From Octopus bimaculoides (taxonomy: Eukaryota), in contig NC_068996.1 in the NCBI RefSeq assembly GCF_001194135.2, positions 45,564,209 to 45,596,666 of the forward strand: a stretch of 32,458 nt of DNA. The letters are read 5' to 3'. The notes below the pieces were generated by a model. It had not been told where the DNA came from and searched no databases. It saw only the letters and a list, made by a program, of their open reading frames with translations. A program made the position numbers and the translations under genes. Positions 1 to 11,273 of the stretch are shown one piece after another. Position 1 is the stretch's first letter. The number at the start of each line of letters is the position of its first letter.

Positions 1-59
1 TTTTTTTTTTTTTTTTTTTTTTTTGCAAGATTCCTCATGTGAAATTGTATGCTGAAACA

Positions 60-422
60 GATCTTATTACATTTAGGGAATGGCCATTTTATTATTATTA
101 TTTTTTTTTTTTTCCAAATAAACACTCGCATTATATATTTGTTCTGCACTTTATTTCTATTATTGTTCTTAATTGTCTTTTGTCTGAAATATTTCGTCTT
201 ACATCATGTGACCGCTTCAGTGACTTTCCGTCCCATGTGTCTCTTGTTTCGTTTGATACCCATAGGATGGAGTGTCGCTGAAGAGGTAACAGGGATGTGT
301 GACGAAAGACAAAGGACAATTAAGAACAATAATAAAATTGAAGTGTAGAACGAATATATAGAGCGTGTTTATTTGGCAAAAAAAAAAAAAAAATGACCGT
401 CCCGAAATATGACAATATGATT
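60..422. mobile_element. Fold-back / MITE-like palindromic element (~360 bp hairpin)
   Basis: Arm ~61-237 is the reverse complement of ~261-422. For example ccaaataaacactcgcattatatatttgttct pairs with agaacgaatatatagagcgtgtttatttgg, tattgttcttaattgtc pairs with gacaattaagaacaata, and the T-run 101-113 mirrors the A-run 378-393. No ORF; superfamily not assignable. Confidence 0.7.
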
Positions 423-689
423 AATAATTTTTGGTAATAAATATTATTTTTGTGCCAACCGCTCAAGGAAAAGAGATTTTGTTTTCTGATTCTCATTAAG
501 TAGGAGGAGTAGCATGTAAAACTGTGTATAACCGTTGAAGGTGTTGTGTAGTGAACAATGAAAAGCACGTTGCTAAGCTTTATGATTATAAATTGTTTTG
601 CTTTGTAATGTCTAAGTAATGTTCTTGGTGAAAGACAATGAGGACCCTTTTCTTACCATGGTGTGAGTTTATCTTTTATATGCATTTGT

Positions 690-807
690 CACAGGGGTGG
701 CTTTGTGGTAAGACGTTTGCTTCCCAACCACATGGTTCTGGTTTCAGTACACTGGATGGCACCTCTTGTACTGTAGCGTCGGGCCGACTATAGACTTGTG
801 AGTGGAT
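690..807 (+). mobile_element. tRNA-derived SINE family A, degraded 5' fragment
   Basis: acaggggtggctttgtggtaag...aaccacatggttctggtttcagtac...gggccgac...ttgtgagtggat matches the heads of the fuller copies at 1700-2198 and 2897-3304. Confidence 0.75.
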
Positions 808-814
808 ATAAGAA

Positions 815-895
815 ATCATCATCATCATCATCATTATTACTATTATTATTATTATTATTATTATTATTATCATCATCATCATCATCATCATTATT
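815..895. repeat. (ATC)n/(ATT)n microsatellite; tail or target of the adjacent R4/Dong copy
   Basis: Direct read; it reads (AAT/GAT)n on the minus strand immediately after the 3' UTR of the LINE at 896-1240. Confidence 0.95.
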
Positions 896-1240
896 TTTTA
901 CTTTTAATCTGCATATTTGTTACAATCATTTGTCGAGACACAACCAGCGTCCTGGGGCGATTGAAGCATAAGAGATGTTACAGTATGATTGAAAGCTTGA
1001 GGAGGGGAAATGTTAGGAGCAGTAGCGAAGTATCTTTATGCTACACAAAACAGACATTTAAATGGATAGGGTTTCTTTAAAGATGTGGGCAGTACTTGTC
1101 AGCACAATCTTTTGGATTTCTCTGAGACATGGTTCTCCTGGGAGGCGTTTCTGGCATCCCTATTTTATCATACCTAGGGCACCTACAATAACAGGAACAG
1201 TTCTCGCTTTAAGATTCCACATCTTTTGTATTTCTATTAT
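896..1240 (-). mobile_element. R4/Dong-clade (RLE) non-LTR retrotransposon, 3' terminal fragment
   Basis: Minus-strand translation IEIQKMWNLKARTVPVIVGALGMIK*GCQKRL..EIQKIVLTSTAHIFKETLSI* (stop at 1058-1060) is the conserved C-terminus of R4-type ORFs. A 3' UTR and AAT tail follow. Confidence 0.85.
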
Positions 1241-1317
1241 AAATTATTCAGTAATTAATATACTGGAAATTCATTTGTGTAGGACAATAGTAAATGACAA
1301 AAGATTATGCAGTCATA

Positions 1318-1415
1318 GTTGGTTGGCTGGCTGGTTTGTAGGTTGGTTGGTTGGTTCGTTGGTTCTTTCATTCGTTCGTTCTTTCGTTCGTGGTGGTGGC
1401 TGCGGCGGCGGTAGT
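1318..1415. repeat. Compound (GGTT)/(CGTT)/(GGT) microsatellite
   Basis: Direct read. Confidence 0.8.
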
Positions 1416-1699
1416 GGTGTCGTTCAACTCAAGGTCAGTCCTAATTCATCAGACTTACGAAAACAATTACGCTCTTTGTTTGACAATTACGTTTATTCTA
1501 TTTTATTTTAGTTCTTTTTTTTTTTTGGTCCCTAGAAGTATTTAGGACTTCATTATAAATCGTTGGTTTTATACTTGGTATTAGTAACCATTTTCCAGTA
1601 TCTATAATATTATTTTATTTTTCACGACCTGTTTTCTGATTATAACTTGAACGAAATTGATGACACAATGCGATAATGATATGATGTTACAATAATATA

Positions 1700-1925
1700 T
1701 TACTCTTTTACTCTTTTCTTGTTTCAGTCATTTGACTGTGGCCATGCTGGAGCACCGCCTTTTAGTCGAGCAAATCGACCCCAGGACTTATTCTTTGTAT
1801 GCATAGTACTTATTCTATCGATCTCTTTTTGTCGAACTGCTGAGTTACGGAGACGTAAACACACCAGCATCGGTTGTCAAGCGATGGTGGGGGACAAACA
1901 CAGACACACAAACACACATACATAC

Positions 1926-2019
<94 letters not shown>

Positions 2020-2198
2020 ATTAATATACATATACGACAGGCTTCTTTCAGTTTCCGTATACCAAATCCACTCACAAGGTTTTGGTCGGCCCGAGGCTAT
2101 AGCAGAAGACACTTGCCCAAGATGCCACGCAATGGGACTGAAACCGGAAAAAATGTGGTTGGTAAGCAAGCTACTTACTACACAGCCACTCCTGCGCC
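1700..2198 (-). mobile_element. tRNA-derived SINE family A, full length, with internal (TA)/(CA) microsatellite
   Basis: Minus strand starts ggcgcaggagtggctgtgtagtaag (box A), followed by a box-B-like gtttcagtccc, the body ttgggcaagtgtcttctgctatagcctcgggccgacc, an internal microsatellite ~1905-2030 and the 3' end atgactgaaacaag(aaaagagt)n. Several copies occur in the window. Confidence 0.92.
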
Positions 2199-2896
2199 TA
2201 TTATAGAACATATCTGTAGATTTCAAAGTCAATACTGCGTAATACAATGAATGTAAATAGTTCACCTTAACAATATGCTCGTAGATAGGAAAACGAAGGA
2301 ACAGCTTGTGCACATTTTGATTATTGTTGCAAATCGTCATCAGAATCCCCTAATATTTGTACGTTTCTAAGCAGAATTTTTATTGATACTTAAGCAGAGT
2401 ACACAGTTGCTGATGTTGGTTCCAGCAAGAATCGAAATATACATATAGCTGTCCCTATTTTTTCTATCCATGAGCCTATTGTATAGATGCAAATTTTACA
2501 TTAGCTGAAAATTGTAACACACACTGCTAGTTATCAAATCTATAGACATATCCAATTACACTTTATCGCAACGAAAGGCACCAGCAACTTAACGCTCGAT
2601 CGTGCTACCGCATGTGCTAAATATGCAACTTAGTCTATCCATTTTAATTTAGCTTGTAATATTAGATTTATAAGCAGTGTGTTATGGATATTTACAGGTG
2701 ATATACAGCTGCTGACGAAAACTCCAAAAAGAGTCCGAATGTACTTACAGCGGTTTCCCATTTCTATGTCTGCACAATATTATACGTACAAATTGTTTTC
2801 AAATGTCATCACAGGCGATGTTGGCTAAAAAGAACCTGTTGATATGTTTTATAGTACATTAAAACGATGACACAAACACCGTTAATAGACCAGAAG

Positions 2897-3304
2897 TGGT
2901 AAGTACCTTGCTTACCAACCACATGGTTCCGGGTTCATTCCCACTGCGTGGCACCTTGGGCAAGTGTCTTCTACTATAGCCTCGGGCCGACCAAAGCCTT
3001 GTGAGTGGATTTGGTAGACGGAAACTGAAAGAAGACTGTCGTATATATGTGTATATATATGTATATATATATGTATATGTGTGTATATGTTTGAATGTCT
3101 GTGTTTGTACCCGCAACATCGCTTGACAACCGATGGTGGTGTGTTTACGTACCCGTAACTTAGCGGTTCGGCATACGAGACCGATAGAATAAGTACTAGT
3201 CTTTCAAAGAATAAGTCCTGGGGTCGATTTTCTCGACTAAAGGTGGTGCTCCAGCATGGCCGCAGTCAAATGACTGAAACAAGTAAAAGGGTAAAAGAGT
3301 AAAA
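2897..3304 (+). mobile_element. tRNA-derived SINE family A, near full length
   Basis: gtggtaagtaccttgcttaccaaccacatggttccgggttcattccc...cagtcaaatgactgaaacaagtaaaagggtaaaagag; collinear with the other copies. Confidence 0.92.
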
Positions 3305-3441
3305 ATAGTAATAAAAAGGTATCAAACGTGCAATTCTCATGAGCGTCTATTTTGTCTTTTAGTTTTCGTAACTGTTTCACGCATATGGTGTTTCTTGCTT
3401 AGTCGATTTCCTCTAAATGTATTAAGAACATCGACTAAAAA

Positions 3442-3721
3442 CAGTGGTTCTCAAAGTGGGTGGTACCGCCCCCTGGGGGCGATTGAAAGATAGAGTAGGG
3501 TGTTGAAGAAAAATGGGGTGATAATGGGATGACCAAAATGGGGCAATGGACGTAAAAAAAAATAACGGGTTAATTAGGTTAAGTTTTATTTGTGAAATAC
3601 GATTGTTTTGAATTTTCTGCAGAAAATGGTCTATGTCTGAGATGGTGAGTGTGTGGGGGGTATTAGGGACGTGGCCTTAGAACCAAGGGGGCGGCAGCAT
3701 GAAGAAGTTTTGGAACCGCTG
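3442..3721. mobile_element. hAT (Charlie-like) MITE, 280 bp
   Basis: Terminal inverted repeats cagtggttctcaaagt and agttttggaaccgctg. Imperfect 8-bp TSD gactaaaa(a)/gacttaaa. Non-coding interior. Confidence 0.75.
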
Positions 3722-3784
3722 GACTTAAACTTAATTTATTTATTCATATATTTCGAATTAAACTAGGGTAGAAAGATGTTACTG

Positions 3785-4010
3785 TTTGTTTGTTGTGTAG
3801 CTCCAGATCAGATCAAACAGAACCACGGTGAAACGCATTCCATCCGTCACCATAATACCATTCTCGTACTACCATTCTCGAAGGTATATTGCACGCAGGA
3901 CTACACTAGCCAACGGATCCTTGTTTTCCAATGCGGTTTAGTATGATTGAAGATTTCACTGCTATTTCTAGCTTTTGAGAAACCTGATAAAGGCTCTTTT
4001 CTTCAGTTGG
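3785..4010 (-). mobile_element. Probable degraded 3' body of another octopus-type SINE
   Basis: Motifs such as actgctatttctagc and ggactacactagccaa resemble a cephalopod SINE body as I recall it. There is no second good copy in the window. Confidence 0.35.
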
Positions 4011-4058
4011 TTCGAGTGGAATAATTATAATAAATCTTGCCGTGTATCTTGCTGCAGT

Positions 4059-4438
4059 GGAGGCGCAATGGCCCAGTGGTTAGGGCAGCGGACTCGCGGT
4101 CATAGGATCGCGGTTTCGATTCCCAGACCGGGTGTTGTGGGTGTTTATTGAAAACACCTAAAAGTTTCACGAGGATCCAGCAGGGGATGGTGGCGAACCC
4201 TGCTGTACTCTTTCACCACAACTTTCTCTCACTCTTTCTTCCTGTTTCTGTTGTGCCTGTAATTCAAAGGGTCAGCCTTGTCACACTGTGTCACGCTGAA
4301 TATCCCCGAGAACTACGTTAAGGGTACACGTGTCTGTGGAGTGCTCAGCCACTTGCACGTTAATTTCACGAGCAGACTGTTCCGTTGATTGGATCAACTG
4401 GAACCCTCGACGTCGTAAGCGACGGAGTGCCAACAACA
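4059..4438 (+). mobile_element. tRNA-derived SINE family B, full length, with perfect 13-bp TSD
   Basis: Head ggaggcgcaatggcccagtggttagggcagcggactcgcggtcataggatcgcggtttcgattccc (boxes A and B) and a (caa)n tail. TSD atcttgctgcagt at 4046-4058 and 4439-4451. Confidence 0.93.
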
Positions 4439-5042
4439 ATCTTGCTGCAGTAATTTTCCTTGCTTGAATTTCTAACTCGAGAGTGTTATTGTTCTTGTTA
4501 CATGAAATCGCTCTTATCATTTACTAAATTGTTATTTTTGTAACGAATAAAGTTATATCCTCATTCTTTTATAATTAAATTTCAGATCTTGCAGAGCGTA
4601 TTTGTGTTTCGGGTTAAGTTCATTTTTATAGCTGCCTGTGTATCTGTGTTTATTGCTTTCACCTCAAAACAAATCGTTAAGTTTGACGTTATTTTTATTA
4701 ACTTTTTTTTTTAATCTCTAAAGCTCTAGAAATTTGTTGAATAGTTTGACTTCGACCTCCTTTCAGTTTGGTCATATATTATATTTCCCAGATTGGTAGA
4801 AGTTAGTACAAAAGTTGAGAAGTATAATTAAATCTAGACAAATTTAAAATAAGTGTCTGGCTTAGTTAACCCTTTGCCTGTCTAAAGCATTTTCATAACA
4901 TTTTTCTAAACTTCCATGCTTGTTTCCAGACTTTTAGTTCGCCCTTGTTTCATATATTCTGAGTAATATATAAAGCTTTCTGTTCATAAATCATAAGTTA
5001 CTCTGGTGGGTGGAAAAACTAAGTGGGAATGTATAACATATA

Positions 5043-5932
5043 CAAGGTATGATCAATAAGTATCTGCACTGTTGCAATAGTAACGAAGCTAAAGTACGCA
5101 GAGTGAAGCCGCTTGGCAAAGATTGACCTTTAACTTTGCTGTGCATGCGCACTAAGTTTTAACTTCCTACCTCACTTCCGCTATTTACAGCAATGCTTCG
5201 AAGGAAGGTGTGTAGCGTGTAATCGTCGCATTAACCATGACAGAGAAAGTTGTTATGGTAATACCTGCTCAGAGGCCTACGCAAAGTTGCACAAAGTGTA
5301 TGGAGAGCAGTGTATGAGTCGCACACAAGTGTGCTAGTGGTTCAGACATTTCCAAGATGGCCGAAAAAATGCTGATATTGATGAACATTCTGGGAGACCA
5401 ACACAACTGAAAAACCATCACAGATGTGCCTGCAGCTGTGAGGGGAAATCATTGAACCACCATCCGTAAGTAATCAAGAGATGTGCAGATTAGTCATGTT
5501 TCAGTTCAGTCCATTATTACTGAAGATTTGGGTATGAGACGCGTGTCTACCAAGTTTTTGTCAAGAACTGCTTTCAGCTGAAAAAAAAGACACTCGCGTT
5601 TCAGTTGCACAAGGTCTCCTTGATTGTGTAGAGAACAATGAAAACTCTTTGAAAACTTTGCGTAGGCCTCTGAGCAGGCATCGCCAAGATTTTGGCAAAA
5701 TTTGATGCAGATTCTCTGCTCAACTTTCTCTGTCATGGTCAATGCGACGATCACACGCTACACACCTTCAAAGCACTGCCGTGAAACAGCAGAGATTAGC
5801 TTAGCTAGACCATTAACACTTAATGCGCATGCACAGCAGAGTTCAAGGTCAATCTGGGCCAAACGGTTTCACTCTGCGTGCTTTAGCTTCGTTACTATGT
5901 CAACAGTTCGGATACTTATCGATCAGACCGCG
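5043..5932 (+). mobile_element. mariner (Tc1/mariner) derivative: 5' half of a transposase pseudogene fused to an inverted second 5' end
   Basis: TA-flanked ends ta|caaggtatgatcaataagtatc and gatacttatcgatcagaccgcg|ta. The plus strand encodes frameshifted MTEKV..CSEAYAKLHKVYGEQCMSRTQVC*WFRHFQDGRKNADIDEHSGRPT..IITEDLGMRRVSTKF. The segment 5661-5932 is an inverted copy of the left end encoding MTEKVEQRICIKFCQNLGDACSEAYAK. Confidence 0.9.
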
Positions 5933-6060
5933 TATGACGTATGAGCATCAGAGAAACAGGTAACAAGTATCATATGTGACAACACAGAACAGGCAAACGG
6001 CTAACATTTCAGACAACCGAACAAAAATGTAAATTTAAAAAAATAAAAGTAGGGTTAGGG

Positions 6061-6218
6061 AACGGGTTTCTTTAAGTTTCCGTCTACCAAATCCATTAGC
6101 AAGGCTTTGGACGGCCCTATATTTGAGGACACTTGCTCAAGGTATTGTGCAGTAAGATTGAAACCAATACAAAATGGTTGAGAAACAAGCTTCTTACTAA
6201 ACACCACACTTGGATGCG
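6061..6218 (-). mobile_element. SINE family A, degraded 5' part
   Basis: agtttccgtctaccaaatcc...gacacttgctcaagg...aagcttcttac matches the reverse complement of the family-A head. Confidence 0.7.
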
Positions 6219-6408
6219 CATACAAAAAAAAGTATCATATATTATTTGATACCAATAAACGACAAAATGTACAGTTAGTGAATGTTATGGGGTACGTAAT
6301 GTCAGTTANNNNNNNNNNNNNNNNNNNNNNNNNNNNNNNNNNNNNNNNNNNNNNNNNNNNNNNNNNNNNNNNNNNNNNNNNNNNNNNNNNNNNNNNNNNN
6401 NNNNNNNN

Positions 6409-6552
6409 CCGATGGTAGTGTGTTTACGTCCCCGTAACTTAGCGGTTCGGCAAAAGAGTCGATGGAATAAGTACTAGGCTTACAAAAGAATAAGTCCTGG
6501 GGTCAATTTCCTCGACTAAAGGTGGTGCTCCAGCATGGTCAAGTAAAAGAGT
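6409..6552 (+). mobile_element. SINE family A, 3' half (after a gap)
   Basis: gtgtgtttacgtccccgtaacttagcggttcggcaaaagag...ggtggtgctccagcatgg..aagtaaaagag. Confidence 0.85.
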
Positions 6553-7214
6553 ATATATTTCAGCTCAATGCCAAAGACAGAAGGGATGTATGGAAGCAAA
6601 CTCAATATTTTTTCTTCTCTTTTCATTAATAAAACTTTGGGGGGGGACAAAAATCTCAGTGATATATTTTTAGAGTAGTATGATTGTCAGTCTGACAATT
6701 ACTTTTTATTCTTTTAATTAATGTTCTAATGGTTTCAATCATAGGACTGCGGCCATGTTGGAACACCACCTTAATTTTTTTCTTTTTTTTTTTTCAGTTT
6801 TGTTGTCACTTTATGGCTGGAAGTTTGTCTATGATTGAGTTTGTTGTAGCAGCTGATTTTCCCCTCAATGTATCCTTAAATGGTTGGCTGGCCCCGTATT
6901 GTCGTTAGGAGTTTATCCAATGTTTCAGTAGATATTTATTTTCGAGCCTGTAGTATGTTCCACAAGCGGACGATATGATTTATCTGACAAAAAGATGCGC
7001 CAATCGCACATCTAATCGTTTCAGTCGACAACAAACGTGTCCTGAATCTTCTTGGGCAGCACTCATCTTAGCGCTATACAACAATGTCAATGTCAGATAT
7101 AAAAGTTTCCCGAGCTACGTACATTGTGAGGTCTAAAATGCGTTTACTAAACACACTAACTCGTGGATTTACCATACATCTCTATTAATCCTGTCTGTTT
7201 ATCGTATTCATCTC

Positions 7215-7550
<336 letters not shown>

Positions 7551-8179
7551 TGTATTTGCAGTTGATAACTGACTAGTTCAGATTTAACCTTATTCATTCA
7601 GTTTACACTATCTTCAACCATGTTTCTTTCGATTTATCTCAAAATTAACTGACACTTATACACTTTACAGTCTCACCTGTAGCTATTTAAATCTAACTAT
7701 ACTTTCTCCGGAATTCATATCTAATTATCTTAGCACCCTAATCCTTCCTATCCATGCTAGTATGAAAAACAGAAACAGATGTAAAAAACAAAAGTTAAAG
7801 AATTATAAAAATAGTATGGAAACATTCATTATTGTCTCAGATTTTTAGAAATATCTTTTGAAAAATTTTTGATCTTTTGTTGTTAGAAAGTTGTTGGTTG
7901 AGTTAAATGTCCCTGCATATGTCTAGCTATGTTTCTAATCTGGTTTGTACTTGACCCATTTCATAGAATGATCGCCTGTTTAAATAAACAGAAAATGGTT
8001 CAAATGTTATCAGTTATGCTACCTTCATGCTTTTTATAGTAAAGAAATGTTCTCCTCTACGGCTTAATGTATCTAATTCGAAGTGGTTACCAAAATAAGT
8101 ATACGCTATGGTTCTCTGTACACCATATAGGTATCATTAAATTTATTTCTTTGGGCAAAGAGCAACACTACGAAGTTTA

Positions 8180-8720
8180 TCTAGAAGGGAAAATGGCATG
8201 TTTCACAATTCTTGAACCTGAGAGTATTATTAATGCAAGCCTTTTAAATTTAATTGTTATTGCAACCAAATTAAAAATGAAGTCAGCCTTGGTAGAATTC
8301 GAGGAGTGAATAGTGGTAACATCTACATAGAAGTGTGTTTTACGATAGCTAATTAATGTAGAGAAGGAAAAGTAGGAAACAATACAATGCTTGTAGTAGA
8401 GTTTAGTGAGCATGCGACCTATCTCTGGAGCAAAGCTTTTGAAGATAGAAACTATAACATCAGAGTTCATCACCTTCTTGGGTTTCAAATAGAGATTACA
8501 AATAATGGAGACACTGAAGGATTAGGGAAGGAGAGCTAATGAGAGGTTGTTCTGGGTTCATCAAAAATGGAGTAGAGGCATTTTAGAAAATGCTGACAGA
8601 TTTATGGTGGTTGAAAAATAGACATAGAAGGATTCAAACAGTTAGTAGAAATACTCTTGGCAAAGAACTCAAATAGTAAGCTGAATTTGGTACATGGAGA
8701 GCTTTCCGATTGTGATGCCC
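8180..8720 (-). mobile_element. Probable ancient CR1/Jockey-group LINE ORF2 remnant
   Basis: Minus-strand peptides INGASQSESSPCTKFSLLFEFFAKSIS and LKPKKVMNSDVIVSIFKSFAPEIGRMLTKLY resemble, in the right order, the pre-RT CR1 motifs NG..SS..KA.LFA..F.K and L...K..G.D.I....K...PEL...L..L. Heavily degraded. Confidence 0.4.
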
Positions 8721-9150
8721 CATTGATGTTATTGGTTACAGGACGTCTTTAAAAACAGAGTTATCATTAATAGTAGTATTTTTGTATCACCAAACACTGA
8801 TTCTTTCAAAGTATTTAATAATTGTAGTCTTGCAAGCATTGAAGTGGTTAGTAAAAGCTTCGCAGTTGGTAGAAATAAATAATGTCTAGCAAGAATTATA
8901 AGCAATTTTCTCTGTCTCTACAGTTGCGGGTTATCTACTAGTTCGTTTTGAGTTAAAACGTCCTTAGTAAGATAACTTTAGTCACTTGCATAACTGTCAT
9001 AGAAGAGATGAAGCAAAACCTATTTGAAGTCAAGATTAATGAGCATAAGCTGGTAGAGAAACAACCAAGTTAACTGAATTGAAATATCAAATGTTTGTGT
9101 GTTGCAGAGGAGTTGTAGACAAATGAGATTCATTGCTTTGATTAGACGGT

Positions 9151-9420
9151 GATCAAATGATTCAATGGGAACAGAGATGATGGTGTCTGTGAAAAGGTTA
9201 AACGTGAAGATGAAAAGAGATAAAGGATGAGAGAAGTAAACGGAAGACAGACAGAACCAGATCCATGGTGAAAGAGAGAGATCACTAGCTAAAATGAGGG
9301 GATCAAATGATTCAATGGAAGCAGAGATGGTGGTGTCTGTGAAAAGGTTGGACCTGAAGATGAAAAGAGATAAAGGAAGACAAACAGAACCAGATCCATG
9401 GTGAAAGAGAGAGATCACTA
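9151..9420. repeat. Tandem duplication, 150-bp period, 2 copies
   Basis: gatcaaatgattcaatgg...gaaaagagataaagga...cagaaccagatccatggtgaaagagagagatcacta starts at 9151 and again at 9301. The second copy has an internal deletion. Confidence 0.9.
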
Positions 9421-10020
9421 TCTAGAAACAGATATAAAGACAAATATTTAGATCAAGACGTGTGTATGTGTGTATGCGCGCGTACACATATGTATACAAC
9501 CACATATATAACCTAAAGCAATGGCGCATTGTGTCATTTTATTATAAATTTCACACGTTACACGCATAAGTTCAATAAAGTTCCGTTTAACCTCGCTCTG
9601 CAAATGAAGTTCAAAGCATTAGAGGAATGCATGTCTTTTAAACGAGTCACATCATAACATCATACGATATTTTGATATCAAACTTTTCGTTCAAGATGGA
9701 ACGGGAGATTAAGACAACTGAAATAAGTTTCAAATCTATTCTGGTTATTTGGAGAAATGAACTCAAAAAGTTAAATTCAATAGCCAACTGTTATAGGAAC
9801 GATTGTATAATTGTAAATCAAGACAGGAAATGTTATACCTCTTCCGCCACGATTTGTAAATGGACCAAAATACTGAGCATTGGCTTTTTATCAAACCTTT
9901 AATCCGTTAGAGGATAAACTAAAAGGAGAATTTGAACAAAATTTCACAGCATAAAAGCAAAGTTATTTCCTGAGTGAAAAATTTTACCTTTGTCAATATC
10001 ATCATCATGATAATAAATAT

Positions 10021-10452
10021 TTTACTCTTTTACTTGTTTCAGTCATTTGACTGCGGCCATGCTGGAGCACTGCCTTTAGTCGAGCAAATCGACCCCAGGA
10101 CTTATTCTTTGTAAGCTTAGTACTTATTCTATTGGTCTCTTTTGCCGAACCGCTAAGTTACGGGGCGTAAACACACCAGCATCGGGGGCAAACACAGACA
10201 CTCAAACATNNNNNNNNNNNNNNNNNNNNNNNNNNNNNNNNNNNNNNNNNNNNNNNNNNNNNNNNNNATATATATATATATATATATATACGACAGTCTT
10301 CTTTCAGTTTCCGTCAACTAAATCCACTCACAAAGCTTTGGTCGGCCCGAGGCTATAGTAGAAGTCACTTGCCCAAGGTGCCACGCAGTGGGAATGAACC
10401 TGGAGCCATGTGGTTGGTAAGCAAGCTAAATGCCACACAGCCACTCCTGCGT
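10021..10452 (-). mobile_element. SINE family A, near full length, with an N-gap in its internal microsatellite
   Basis: Both halves match family A. The gap 10210-10267 falls at the (CA)/(TA) tract. Confidence 0.9.
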
Positions 10453-10779
10453 CCATTTTTGATCGAGATAGGGAGGTATAAATTTTCTTGTCACGCTAGC
10501 CTTCGTCAGATGAATATAAATTATTCTTCAGCTATACTTGTACGCTTTCAAGACCGATAGGAATTACTTCAAACATTATTTCAACCTTATGTTTATGAAT
10601 AAGAGAATTTTCTGTTTCATCATGAATGAGAACTTTGTGCTTGAAATATTGTAAAATTAGAATAATTATAATCTGTTGTTTTATTTTATCTTATTTCATT
10701 TCATTATTCTTTTTTGTTTTTGTTTTTTTTACATTTACTGATGTTTCTTTCATTCAAATTTGAAGTTGAAATATTTTCT

Positions 10780-10842
10780 CCAAACAAAAACAAACAAACG
10801 AACAACAACAGCATCAACAACAACAACAATAACAACAACAAT
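10780..10842. repeat. (AAAC)/(AAC)n microsatellite
   Basis: Direct read. Confidence 0.8.
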
Positions 10843-11138
10843 ATTAATGGTATAAGCACATTATACCGGAATGCTAGAAAAAATATTTGGATTTCACAGG
10901 TTTACCCCAAAAATCGTCAAGAAGACGAAATAATTCTTAAAACAGGCAGAATGTCAGATATTTTCTCTTTTTCCCACTCAGACTGCTGCTGCTACTGCTG
11001 AATAATTCTAAAGCGAGAGAGTATGACAAGGAAGTGTTTCTCATCAAAATGCTAAAAACAACTTTGTCATCTGCAAATAAGTTTATAGTGAATCTCAGTC
11101 GACGAGTATAAATAATCTTCCAACTCCTTTACTGCAAC

Positions 11139-11219
<81 letters not shown>

Positions 11220-11273
11220 TAAATAGCAATAATAGTAATAATAATAATAATAATAGTAATAATAATAATAATA
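11139..11273. repeat. (AAT)n microsatellite
   Basis: Direct read; it abuts the 5'-truncated R4 copy at 11274. Confidence 0.97.

Noticed and set aside
4059-4135. Possible tRNA gene (also at 27170-27238 and the family-A heads)
   Set aside because: The tRNA-like heads continue into SINE bodies with tails and TSDs and lack a proper acceptor stem. They are SINEs, not tRNA genes.
4586-4612. 27-bp candidate microexon (tttcag|ATCTTGCAGAGCGTATTTGTGTTTCGG|gttaag)
   Set aside because: Splice-like signals of this quality occur by chance in AT-rich DNA, and there is no partner exon or recognisable peptide.
6950-7140. 59-codon open frame (YVPQADDMIYLTKRC...) in unique sequence
   Set aside because: It has no recognisable homology and no convincing splice sites, and its length is compatible with chance.
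11040-11090. LFADD motif on the minus strand suggesting a LINE RT
   Set aside because: It is an isolated pentapeptide with no flanking RT motifs.
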